64,000 bases of DNA, taken from positions 150,809 to 214,808 of the forward strand of contig JAANOX010000082.1 of NCBI GenBank assembly GCA_020184695.1, given 5' to 3'. Positions 32,164 to 43,451 of the stretch are shown piece by piece (position 1 is the first letter of the stretch; each line of letters starts with the position of its first letter). The position numbers and the translations under genes were made by a program. The notes under the pieces are model-generated. The model saw only the letters and a program-made list of their open reading frames with translations. It was not told the DNA's origin and made no database searches. Origin of the DNA: Histomonas meleagridis 2922-C6/04-290x (lineage: Eukaryota; Protista; Parabasalia).

Positions 32164-34316
32164 GTGTTTAGGATTGACACAAAAGTGTCATTTCATATGG
32201 AATTTCAAGCAAAAAGCCAAATTCATGGGAACGAATGGGAAACATTACAATATATTAAGAATTTAATATTCAATTTAAACAAAGAAAATATCATTCAATC
32301 TTCAAAATTAATTATAAGTAAATTTGATGATATTTATCCATTATCTTTTAATTTAATTATTGTTAGGATTACATATGCAATTACTCTCATACGAATGAAA
32401 GATATTGATTTATATTTGGATTTTCTTAAAGAAATAAAAAAACTAGAAATGAACATTCATCAAGAAATTGATATTTTTGATATATATGGACATTTTCTTG
32501 TTAGTAAAAGTACACAAGAATCATATTATCTTCTTTCCAAAATGATTGAAGATAATTTACTTGATAAAAAAATCATTAAAAATATAAAACACTCGATTGC
32601 TTCTCAAGGATATTTTGTGCAATACATGCCAAATGAAACAATTAAAGAATTGGGGGATTATAAATTTACTGAATATATTCAAAAAAATTATGAAGAACTT
32701 TCAAAGAATGATTGGGAACTTCATAAGAAATTAATTAAAGAAGGAGCTAATCCAAATGAAATTGCAAAAATAATTCGAAATGATGAAATCGAAAAACTTC
32801 AAGAAATATCATCACAAAATAATTTTGATTTTGATCAAACAATTGAACCATCACTTTATGAAAGATATTCATTTGTTAATAAAAAGAATGTTAGATTAAT
32901 TGATTATGCAGCATTTTTTTCATCAGTTAAATGTTTTAAATATTTACTTATGAATGGTTCAAATGTATTAAACACGGGTAAATATGCAGTTGCAGGTGGA
33001 AATATTGAAATCATTCATTTATGTGAACAAAATCATTCATCATTTGATAAAGCATCTGAAACAGCAATTAAATTTTATCAAAATGATATCTTTAAATATA
33101 TTTATGATAATAAATTAGAAAAAATACAATCAAAGCCAAAAACGCCTAAAGTCACACATTATTTGATAGATCTTTGTATTCAAAAAGATAATTATGATAT
33201 TTTAGCATTTTTGGAAGAAAAAGGAATTGATATTAATGCATGTAATATAAATGAATCAGCAATAAATGGAAATTTATATCTTGTTAAATGTTTCCTTCAA
33301 AATAATCAAATTCCAAAAAATATTTTGCCATTTGCTTCAGAATCAGGAAATGTTGAACTTGTGAAATATATTTTAGATAAAGAAGGAATTGATATTAATG
33401 CAAAAAATATTCATTTGAATAATTTGGAATATGTTTTAATAATTTGGAACAGCACTTCATATAGCAGTTAGAAATAATAATATAGAAATAGTAAAATTAC
33501 TTTTAGATAAAGGAATTGATATTAATGCAAAAAATATTCATTTGAATAATTTTATATATGTTTTAATAATTTGTAATATGTTTTAATAATTTGGAATATG
33601 TTTTAATAATTTTATATATGTTTTAATAATTTGTAATATGTTTTAATAATTTGGAATATGTTTTAATAATTTGGAATATGTTTTAATCATTTGAAATATG
33701 TTTTAATAATTTTATATATGCTTTAATAATTTGGAATATGTTTTAATAATTTTATATATGTTTTAATAATTTGAAACAGCACTTCATATAGCAGTTAGAA
33801 ATAATAATATAGAAATAGTAAAATTACTTTTAGATAAAGGAATTGATGTTAATGCAAAAAATATTCATTTGAATAATTTGTAATATGTTTTAATAATTTG
33901 GAATATGTTTTAATAATTTGGAATATGTTTTAATAATTTGGAATATGTTTTAATAATTTATAATATGTTTTAATAATTTGGAATATGTTTTAATCATTTG
34001 AAATATGTTTTAATAATTTTATATATGCTTTAATAATTTGGAATATGTTTTAATAATTTTATATATGTTTTAATAATTTGAAACAGCACTTCATATAGCA
34101 GTTAGAAATAATAATATAGAAATAGTAAAATTACTTTTAGATAAAGGAATTGATGTTAATGCAAAAAATATTCATTTGAATAATTTGTAATATGTTTTAA
34201 TAATTTGGAATATGTTTTAATAATTTGAAACAGCACTTCATATTGCAGTTAGAAATAATAATATAGAAATAGTAAATTTACTTCGGAACAAAAATTCTAA
34301 TTGTATTCTTTTATGA
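32164..34316 (+). CDS. DUF3447 + ankyrin-repeat protein whose ankyrin repeats are each interrupted by AT-rich inserts (intron candidates or pseudogene)
   Basis: The 435-aa ORF has DUF3447 motifs (IIRNDEIEKL, LIDYAAFFSSVKCFKYLL, YAVAGGNIEIIHLCEQ). Open blocks (E/G)TALHIAVRNNNIEIVKLLLDKGID(I/V)NAKN follow at 33446-33535, 33773-33862 and 34080-34169, with a final block at 34227-34316. Confidence 0.8.
33409..34226 (+). repeat. 20-bp minisatellite NNNATATGTTTTAATAATTT in four arrays (1, 11, 10, 2 units), each after a 17-bp head ATTCATTTGAATAATTT
   Basis: Inserts at 33409-33445 (37 nt), 33536-33772 (237), 33863-34079 (217) and 34170-34226 (57), all equal to 17+20n. Confidence 0.95.
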
Positions 34317-34699
34317 TTAGAATACATTTGATTATCTGAAGAAATATTAATAATTTGAAGACTTCCACATGAACTAAAAAGTATGTGGTGATATTAATGT
34401 AACACTAGAATTGTTATGTTATTCAAGGAATAACAATTGTTTCCAAGTTTTATTTAAATGTAACATTTTCCTATATTAGCAATCATATCTTGTATGCTCA
34501 TTAATTTATCTCATATTGAAGAAGATCTATTTGCTAAAGATTTTGAAGAAAACAATTTAATATGAAAATTTAATGTTATTATTATATTTGCTAATGATAA
34601 TCATATTATATATAATAGAAGAAAACATATGATTTACCAAACAACAAAAAGGTTTATTAAAATAATAAATAAATTATTTTATTCTTAAAATATGTTTAT

Positions 34700-36112
34700 T
34701 TATATTTGACTTATGAATTTTTCTTCTTTGAAATCGTCTGCAAATGGATCTTCTTCAATATTTGAATTATTAATACCAACTGAAAATGTATTATATATTT
34801 CATTAATTTTATTATTATTTTCATCTGAAACATTCATTTCTTCTTCATTTTGTTTTCGCTTCTTATTTTGATATTTAATCATAAAAATTTTTATTATCAT
34901 TATAAATGCAATAATTATTACAATTACAATAACAATTATAATGATAATTAATGTATTATTATCAAAAGTGTTTATTATTATATCGATATAAGAAATATAA
35001 AAAAATTCGAATAATAAGTAAAATATTATAAATAATATATAAAATCGAAACAAATATATTTAGTTTCAGTTTCAATGAAAGTAATTGAATAAAATTTTAA
35101 GAAAGTATAATGATAAACTGATAAAGTTTTTGTGTATGATAAAGAATAAGTTAAAGTATAAGTATTAACGAATGAAAAATTCATCGAAAATGTATTAACG
35201 AAAGTATTTAAATCAAAATTGCTTTTTGTTCTCGTAAATGTATTTAACTTAGTTAATGTATGAATTAGCATATGTATTTAAATTAGTGAATGTATCACTT
35301 TGTGTGAATGTGCGTGTTGGCTGGTGACATTCGTCAAGTGTTGTTCCCTTAGTAACACTCATATTTCCAAATGTTTCATTTTGATATGTTTCTATTGTCA
35401 TAACTGTTGTCGCATTTATATTAACAAATGCATCATTTTTTATTTCTGGTGAAATTACTCCATTAAAATGAATACATTGAAGTGATGTACAATTAACAAA
35501 TGTTCATGAATTAATATAATGACCATTTTCATCAATAAAAATTCTTTCTAAATTAATACAACTTGCAAAAGCATAATCCATAATAGAAGTGACTGAATTC
35601 GGAATTGTAAATGTTTTACTTTTCATATTCGGATAACTAATAATTTGTGTAATTTCTTTAGCATATAAAACGCCATCATTTTGATAATTCGAATATTCAA
35701 AATTTTTATCTGAAACATTAATAATTTGAAGATTTGTACATTCTAAAAATGGATTTCCAATGGAAGTAACAGAAATTGGTATATAAATATTCGCAAGGTT
35801 TGTACATCCTCTGAATGCATCAGATCCAATACTTCGTACGCTTACATCTAAAGTTTTCGTTTCAAGTCTTGTACATTTAGAAAATGCATTACAACCAATG
35901 TTATTACAACGAATTGTAATATTAATTAACAAAATACATTCATAAAATGCACCGTCTCCAATTGAACTCATTAATTTTTCTGGAAATTGCACATATTCTA
36001 GTTTTTTAAATGATGCAAATGCTCCACTACCTATATTTTCAACTGACTCTCCAATTATTACTGTTATTAATAAAAACCATTCTCTAATTGCATTATTTTC
36101 AAGCTCCAACAT
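34700..36112 (-). pseudogene. BspA-like LRR surface protein (LRR, Ser/Thr-rich stalk, TM, cytoplasmic tail), fragmented
   Basis: SVENIGSGAFASFKKLEY...SIGSDAFRGCTNLANI...SVTSIMDYAFASCINLERI, then a TFTQSDTFT-type stalk, TM (LIIIIIVIVIVIIIAFIMII) and tail IEEDPFADDFKEEKFISQI. Several stops and frameshifts. Confidence 0.85.
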
Positions 36113-36429
36113 TATTAATTATAATACATTGTATAAATTAAAGATATTCCAAAAAATTGAACATTTTATCAGTATGTAATTCGGTATTTTTGTTTATCCA
36201 CCCTGTAAAAATTATATCTTCGGATCTACACATAATTCAGATACATGACAATGGATTAACCCCATGAAATAAAAAAGTAAATGATTGGAAATATTTACTT
36301 TTACATAAGAAATAATTCTCAAATCATATTAAAAAATGCGAAAAGGATTTTTATGATTCTTTAAAACATATAAAAATTTTAATTGAATGTTTATCTATGT
36401 TTACAAGATGATTTTTTTGTTGAAATTTC

Positions 36430-37207
36430 ATGAATTAATTCAGTTAATTCTGTGTGACCACTATTTGTTGTGCAATCATAAATGCTGTTTTAAATAATAT
36501 AAATTTTTTCCGAAAATATTTTGAAATAAGAAATCAAATAAATTAATATGTTTAGAGTTGATATTAATTCCTTTTTGTTCGAGAAGTAATTTAAATACTT
36601 CTATATGTCCTTTTTCAGATGCAACCATAAGTGCTGTTTCGAATAATTTAAGGCATTACCAAATATTATTTTTGAATTAATTAATAACAAAATTAATATC
36701 AAATAAAACATATAAATATTTTTATTATTAATATTAATTCCTTTTTGCTCGAGAAGTAATTTTACTATTTCTGTATAACCTTTTTCAGATGCTTTAATAA
36801 GTGGTGTTTGAAATATTGTTCACACAAATGAATGATTTCAAAATTTCCACCTGCAACTGCATAATCACCTGTGTTACTTACATTTGCACCATTCATAAGT
36901 AAATATTTAAAACATTAAATTGATCCAAAATATGCAGCATAATCAATTAATGTTACATCTTCTTGATTAATATATGTGTATCTTTCATAAAGTGATCGCT
37001 CAATAGTTTGGTTAAAATCAAAATCATTTTGTGATGATATTTCTTGGAATTTTTCTATTTCATCATTTCGAATTATCTTCACAATTTTTGATGGTTAACT
37101 CCTTCTTCAATTAACTTCTTATGAAGTTCCCAATCATTTTTTGAAAGTTCATCATAATTTTCTTTAATTTTATCTCCAAGTCTTGTATGTTCCAATAATT
37201 TATTAAT
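36430..37207 (-). pseudogene. DUF3447/ankyrin family copy, cut at its 5' side by the pogo-like insertion, with same-position inserts
   Basis: KENYDELSKNDWELHKK...IIRNDEIEKFQEISSQNDFDFNQTIE...LIDYAAYFG...YAVAGGN. Ankyrin blocks QTPLIKASEKGYTEIVKLLLEQKGININNKN and ETALMVASEKGHIEVFKLLLEQKGININSKH are separated by 77- and 56-nt inserts. Confidence 0.8.
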
Positions 37208-37305
37208 ACTGATAATTCGGTTGAGGTTGGAATAACGATAGACTTGTTCATGATTTGATCGTTATTCATTTAAAAATTTTTTTATTGTATTGCTTGAAAA
37301 CCCAA

Positions 37306-37509
37306 CGTATTCACAGTGTAGTTGACTTTCACACCCAATATTTCAACAAAAAACTCTTCATTATCACTAGCCGTTACGCAATATCTTTTACAAAAAAATT
37401 CAAATTTCACTGATTTTCATGAAAACATAGCGTATTCACAGTGTAGTTGACTTTCACACCCAATATTTCAACAAAAAACTCTTCATTATCACTAGCCGTT
37501 ACGCAATAT
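37306..37509 (+). repeat. 79-bp direct repeat (period 125 bp) in the 3' non-coding part of the pogo-like element
   Basis: cgtattcacagtgtagttgactttcacacc...ccgttacgcaatat is identical at 37306-37384 and 37431-37509. Confidence 0.9.
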
Positions 37510-37539
37510 ATTTTGCAAAAAAATTCAAATTTTTTCAAT

Positions 37540-37822
37540 TTATTTTTGTTCTCTTAATTCAAATTCCAATCCGCAGTGCCTCCAAAAGTTTAAAACAATT
37601 TCCTTCGGAAATTTTTTGCAGAGCTGATAAAATGATTCTTCTTTTTTCTCTGAAGTTGTAGTATCCATTTTCTTTAATCTCGATCTTAGTACAGCAAAGA
37701 AAGAATTATCGCACACTGATGCGAACTTTGCTCCTTGAGGTGGGAAATGAAAACATTTTACATTGTGCTGTTCAAGTTCATTTTGTATCTTTTGGTTAGT
37801 GTGACTTCTTAATCGGTCCATC
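37540..37822 (-). pseudogene. pogo-like transposase, C-terminal part (2nd and 3rd catalytic Asp)
   Basis: MDRLRSHTNQKIQNELEQHNVKCFHFPPQGAKFASVCDNSFFAVLRSRL, with 35 residues between the two Asp. Confidence 0.85.
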
Positions 37823-38138
37823 ACACACACACACAGCATATCTCCACTTCGTTTCTATGTGCACTTCGCTTCGCTCGGTGTGTTTGTCCAAAGGACCAGT
37901 TTACTATAAAAAAAAATACTTTCTTTTTAAATTATATATAAGTATATATATCTTAAAAAAAATAAAATCTAAAAAAAGTCTCAAAATGACCATTTGGTTC
38001 AAAAGTGACCATTTCATCTGTGCATCTGTGCAAGATCTGGGAAGGTCAAAAATACTATTAAAATAGCTTGAATCATTGTAATAGTATGCTTTTACAAAAA
38101 TATATATATTTAGACTTTATGTATATAATGCTTTTACA
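37823..38138 (+). repeat. Maverick left terminal inverted repeat
   Basis: Reverse complement of 59206-59521 with a single mismatch (37839). Confidence 0.97.
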
Positions 38139-38326
38139 CTAGCTGGTAAATCTTCATTATCATTATCATCATAATCATAATCATCATCATACATATCTTG
38201 CTTCCTTAATCTAATATATACTGATTTTTTATCATCAAGATACGATATATAACATAATACTTTTAATGTATAATCTATTACATATATTGTTGCTAGTATA
38301 CATAACCATATCGTCATAAAACTCAT
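38117..38326 (-). CDS. Small Maverick ORF with N-terminal hydrophobic segment and acidic tail; stop lies inside the TIR
   Basis: 69 aa, MSFMTIWLCILATIYVIDYTLKVLCY...DDDYDYDDNDNED. Confidence 0.45.
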   Translation of the reverse strand: MSFMTIWLCILATIYVIDYTLKVLCYISYLDDKKSVYIRLRKQDMYDDDYDYDDNDNEDLPASVKALYT

Positions 38327-38416
38327 TCTTAATAAAAATAAAAAAAAGAATAGTTGGTTGATTTATTTATATGTTATTCCTGAAAATGATTTAACAAACT
38401 TTAAACTTATATGTCT

Positions 38417-38920
38417 TTAATCTATAAATTCTATTACATCTGGGAAACTATATTTTAAGTTATATGTTTCACCGTCTTTCTTAACATATATTTTACTAAC
38501 ATAATCATAAGTATTACTCTTACAACAGAATGCATCAGTGTCTGCTTTTAATAATTCTACTTCATTAGTATCTGTTAATAGTTGTATTAATTTAATTAAT
38601 TCATCTTCATCAGCAATTATATATTTATTAACAATTAATGGATTATTTTCAATAATATCTAAGCATAAAACTAACGCTTGTATTAATAGATCTTTATTAT
38701 GAATAATTTGCTGTAAATCGTTATTTAATTCATTAGCTGTTTCGACAGATCTATCTTGAATATTTTCATTATTCTTTTCGTTAATATCTGGATATTTAAC
38801 AGTATAAGGATTTACAACGACATTGACATTTTGATTCTGTTGAGGACTATTAATATTAGTATTAACTTTTGCTAGAAAACCTCTTGAGCACGATAATACA
38901 TTAGATTATGGAACTGACAT
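38417..38920 (-). pseudogene. Maverick hypothetical ORF with early nonsense codon
   Basis: Manual translation: MSVP*SNVLSCSRGFLAKVNTNIN...DLLIQALVLCLDIIENNPLIVNKYIIADEDELIKLIQLL...FCCKSNTY, 168 codons with one internal stop. Confidence 0.55.
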
Positions 38921-38959
38921 AATTTATATAATAAAAAATATATATTTTATAATATTAAA

Positions 38960-39271
38960 ATGGATATATTTGATTATATAAAAGAATTAAAACTTAAAAA
39001 AGTATTTACACTTAAACAAATACCATTTATAGAATTGATCAATTTTTATATAGAAGATTGTGTGATTTATAAATATGTGATAATTTCTGACAGGAATAAT
39101 ATCAAAAAATGCAAGAAATTAGGATTGTATTCATTATATGATATACATAACAATATAAATATAAAAATAAAAGAACCATTAGCTAACACTTCTAAAGGAC
39201 GTTTCATACTTATGTTCGATCCTAACAAAAATGATATTACTATAGTTGATGGCGAAGATTACAAGATTTAA
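38960..39271 (+). CDS. Maverick hypothetical protein
   Basis: Intact 103-aa ORF MDIFDYIKEL...QIPFIELINFYIED, which resembles (from memory) a small T. vaginalis Maverick ORF. Confidence 0.55.
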   Translation: MDIFDYIKELKLKKVFTLKQIPFIELINFYIEDCVIYKYVIISDRNNIKKCKKLGLYSLYDIHNNINIKIKEPLANTSKGRFILMFDPNKNDITIVDGEDYKI

Positions 39272-39290
39272 TTTAAATATTAATATATTT

Positions 39291-40933
39291 TTATTCTCCA
39301 GCGTTCGCAATCACTTGTTCTACATATGCATTGGTTATTTCAATTTGTGGAGTTCCGGCCGGTTTCATTGCTCTTACTTTCAATATAGCATCTTCAAAAT
39401 AAATACCTACAGGAATAATAAAACTAATACTTTTAATGCCATCATTTTTATTTAATTTGTTACCAAATAATTCGACTTGAACTGTTTCAATAGTTGGAAT
39501 ACCGCCTTGAAAATCTTCTCCTTCGTCAAATGGTAATCCTATAAAGAAATTACTATTATCTTTACCATGCCATACTTTTGATGGAGTATTAACACCAGTA
39601 TTATTAGTATAAGTATTTAAATAATAATATGGTTGTACTGATGTTTTTATATCTTTATTATTAATAGAGCTTGATAAGCTACCATTTAAATTTAATGAGT
39701 CTAACATCATATTAATATTCCTAGAATCATCGACAGTTTCATATGCTTCTCTAGGATATATCTTACCATCAATATTAAAACTATAACTAACTTGTGGGTT
39801 AATAAAACACGTCCTAGAATATTGTGAAGTTCTAAATACTGTAAACAATGTATCACAGTGTTTTAATTCTATAGTAGCTGCTGTATTATATGATGTAGGA
39901 CCTGTAGTAGTATTAGCACCTAATGGTTGTGTAAAATCTCTTACTGAACATACATGTATAGGGAATAACATTTGTACTTGAATATATTTAGCAGCTAATG
40001 CATTAAATACCTCCATTTTTAACAAATATTCTGCTAATTTAATTTTAACTTATCTGTTACTTGAGTATTACATTTAAATGTTTGTGATATAGCAGCATAT
40101 GTATATGTATAATTAGGAGATGTACCACCTTGAGTTTCTTTAACGTTATCATTAACAGTTTCATTAATATTTCTGAAACCAAAATCTATTAAATAATCAC
40201 CTTGTAATATAGAATTCTTAAACGTAGTATAACTTCCAAACGTAGTATTATTTATAACAGGAGCTATAACTAAATTTTGATAAGAAGGCATTAATTTCAT
40301 TGATAGTTTACCTGCCCAATTAGGATGATATCTCATATTAAATAATAATAAGATATAAGATAAAGGTATACGTAAAGGAATTACTACTTTAATAGGTGTA
40401 TCAGCTGTTATTTTTGAAAGATCACAATATACACCTGGAACCATTGGATCATGATTTCTTATCTTATATATTGTAGCAAAACAATCATTTCCTGCTTTAG
40501 CTTCATTTGATAAACTATTATATAACATAAACCATTCATATCTAGCATTATGAACATCTTGTATTTTGTCAGTATTACTATAAATCCTATATTGATCAAT
40601 AGCGTCACATGAACATTTATAATAACCAATATAATATTCTTTAAATAAACAATCAGTTTGATTAGGAACTGTTATAGTTATAGTTTGTTCTAAAGTAATA
40701 TATGAATTATCTAAACTAATAATTTTAGATCTATCAGTAGCTATATCAACATAAGTTGTATCATTTTCATTAATTTGACCAACATTTCAATAAGAAGTAG
40801 CTGTTGTATATTCATAATTTCCAGGTATAATCTCTGAAAGTTTTATCGCTTCATAAACAGCGTTATACCAATCTCCTAAATTGCCTGACATAGCATCTAT
40901 AACATTTGGTTGTTGATTTTAAGGTGCAAACAT
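39291..40933 (-). pseudogene. Putative major capsid protein (double jelly-roll), two stops plus one frameshift
   Basis: Rejoined ~545 codons: MFAP*NQQ...GNYEYTTATSY*NVG...ISLDNSYITL...PLRIPLSYILLLFNMRYHPNWAGKLSMKLMP...HCDTLFTVFRTSQYSRTCFINP...NFFIGLPFDEGEDFQGG. It is beta-rich, MCP-sized, and recalls the conserved capsid-like ORF of T. vaginalis Mavericks. Confidence 0.6.
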
Positions 40934-40949
40934 ATTATGATATTAAAAA

Positions 40950-42705
40950 AATATGAAAACATTAGTTAAAAAATGGATCTTCGATTATAAAAATTCATCT
41001 TCATCTTCAAATGTTATAGCAATTGGTTGTTGTGGAGGTATTCTTCTATTAGCAATAGCTTTCAAATCATTATATAACTGAACTAATGAATCAGGTGGTA
41101 TTTGACTTTTATGCATTCTAGTGTTAATCCTGCATATTTTTGATTTTCTAATATAAATTGATTAAATCTTTCATCTCCTATATAATTTATTAAAGCGTCA
41201 ATATTATATTCAAGTTGCATTTTTTGATTATTTTGTTCTACTACTTGTTGTGCAATATCTGATTGTAATTGTGTTGTTATAGCTAATTTTCTAGTCGGAG
41301 AGAAATTACCACCAAACATTTGTTGTTGTATTTCCATTTGTGCTTGACTTTCTTGTGCATGTTTTGTGCTATCATTTATCGCTTTTATATCATCTGCTCT
41401 TCTTTGATTTTTTAATGCTTCTATTTTTGAATTAGCATTTTTCTGTATTTGTGCTCTGTGTTCATCAAAATTTATATATTCTAATTGGGCTTCTTGAGCT
41501 ATTTTATCTTCTTCTGCTTTATCTTTTTCTTTTTTTTCTTTTGATTTCTTCTTGACTTTCTTCTGCTTGAACTTGTTTCTTAGCATTCTGTACAATGAAT
41601 TTTTTATGTGTTGCACTGATCTCTGATTTAGGACTTATAGCAGTCTGTAGAGTATGTAATTTTTTAGATTCAATTTCTGCTACGACAGTATCTCTCTCTT
41701 GCTGAACTTCCATCTCACGTATTTTATCAAATCTGGCTTTTGCTCTAATACCTGGTTATTGTGCATCTCGTTCTGCCAATTCTTTTTGATAACTTGCTGT
41801 TATATCATTTATATATTTAGCATCTAATTGTTGATAGTCTTCAGGTTTTAACGTAATCATTCTTTTTAATTTTTCTTGCTCATACTGTTTTTTAGCTTCA
41901 TTCTGGTTCTTTAATAATTCATTTTCATATCTGGCAATTTCTAACGCTTTTTGAACTTCTGCTCTTTTTTCATTAGCTTTAGTAAAATCAACTGAATTTA
42001 ATACTTTTTGAAGAATTTCATTTTCTGAATTAACTTTATCAAGTTCTTTTTGTTAAGTAGATTTTAATCTATATTGCTCATTAGCTTCTATCTCATGTTG
42101 TCTATCTATAGTTAACATTTTAGCTTGTGCTAATTGTGCTTGTATGATAGCATTTTCATCTTTTAATTTATCTAAGCCTCATTTTAATTGAGTCTTACGT
42201 AACTCTTGAAAAGTTTTTTGATATTGTTTATTCTCTTGCTCATATTTTTTATTATACTCTTGTAGTGTTTTCAGTTGTTCTTCAGCTGTTTTTCTTCTCT
42301 CTTCCTCTTCTTTATATTTAGCTTCTGCTTCTGCTGTTTGTTTTTTCAAATCTACCTCTTGTTTGGCTATATCTTTCTTACGTGCTAATTCTTGTTCTTT
42401 TGATCTCCTTTGATTATTTAACTCTTGTTGTTTAATATCATTATCTAATCTCATTCTATTAATACTATCTAAGTTTACATTAGGAAAAGTATGTGAAATA
42501 ATAGGCATTTGACCAATATTATTTAACATTTGAGATCGAGCACCTCTACCCCCTTCAGGGGTAGACCTTGTGTTACCATATAAGGAAGCTTTATTATTAA
42601 TACTGTTATTATTAAAACTATTATTATTGTTAAGTTTAATAATCTTACGTCTAAAGTTTCTTTTTTAACGACTTTCTTATTCCTTTTAATATATTTCTTT
42701 GGCAT
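40950..42705 (-). pseudogene. Maverick coiled-coil/low-complexity ORF, fragmented
   Basis: Track fragments 42523-42705, 42179-42529, 41519-41713 and 41083-41616 are collinear K/E/Q-rich pieces linked by stops and frameshifts. Confidence 0.55.
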
Positions 42706-43420
42706 TATTTATGTAAAAATGAAATAAACAACTTATTGTAGAGAAGCGATATAAGATCTCCATCCTCTTGGTTTATATCTATACATATAATCATTATTAA
42801 CGTTATCAGATATATTATTATTAACGTTATCAAATATATTATTATTAACGTAACAGATATATTATTACTATCAATCTCATTAATATTATTATCCCCTGCA
42901 TTACCCCCTTCAGGGCTAGATCTTGTGTTATCAAGATCATTATATGCTTCATTTTCATCTACTTGTTCATATATATCATTTTTCATATTTTTATATTTAC
43001 GTTTGAACTTCTTTTGTTTTGTTTTCAAACGTTCGATTTTAGAATTTAAATCAATAATATGTTGCATTAAGAATGGATCATTTGAAAGATATATTTTATT
43101 ATTTGGTTTGTTTATATCCTTTGAATCATTATATTCATTAACAACATTATATGTCATATCACCTGTGTTCTTTTTAATTATTCTAGCATTACCGTTCTTA
43201 AAAAGCATAACATCATAATATTTATTATCAATACCATTTTTTGCATTATTAATAATAATATCCTTTTCTTCTTTAGTTAATTTTTAAATAGGTTTCTTCT
43301 CAATGATTATGTGTTGGTCGTTATTTTTAAGGTCATTATTTTAATTAACAACGTTATTAATCTCAAGTTCTGTCTCTGTCTCTGGTGTCAACTCAACCTC
43401 TGTGTCTTGTGTACTAATTT
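42705..43420 (-). pseudogene. Maverick hypothetical ORF (NAKNG...MLFKNGNARIIKK; QHIIDLNSKIERL), disrupted
   Basis: The upstream part has in-frame stops, and a frameshift occurs inside the 24-bp repeat at 42793-42863. Confidence 0.5.
42793..42863 (+). repeat. 24-bp tandem repeat ATTATTAACGTTATCAGATATATT x3 (third unit 23 bp)
   Basis: Read directly at 42793-42816, 42817-42840 and 42841-42863. Confidence 0.85.
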
Positions 43421-43451
43421 ATATAAAAATAAAAATATATATTATATATTT

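Noticed and set aside
33433-33452. 20-nt GT...AG mini-intron (gttttaataatttggaacag) as the way the ankyrin insert is removed
   Set aside because: Splicing it gives cac ttc ata TAG (stop) and deletes part of TALH. The other nearby AGs are also out of phase.
33407-33455. U12-type AT-AC intron (ATATTCATTT resembles ATATCCTTT; AC nearby)
   Set aside because: The first AC gives a frameshift. The second is in frame but removes TAL and yields a non-ankyrin junction. No U12 branch site is visible.
33409-34226. CRISPR-like array in the 20-bp repeats
   Set aside because: Units are head-to-tail with only a 3-nt variable part, there are no unique spacers or cas genes, and the context is eukaryotic.
37857-38066. 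Identical 69-aa ORFs in both TIRs (also 59278-59580)
   Set aside because: These are translations of the non-coding TIR, identical only because the TIRs are identical, with low-complexity composition.
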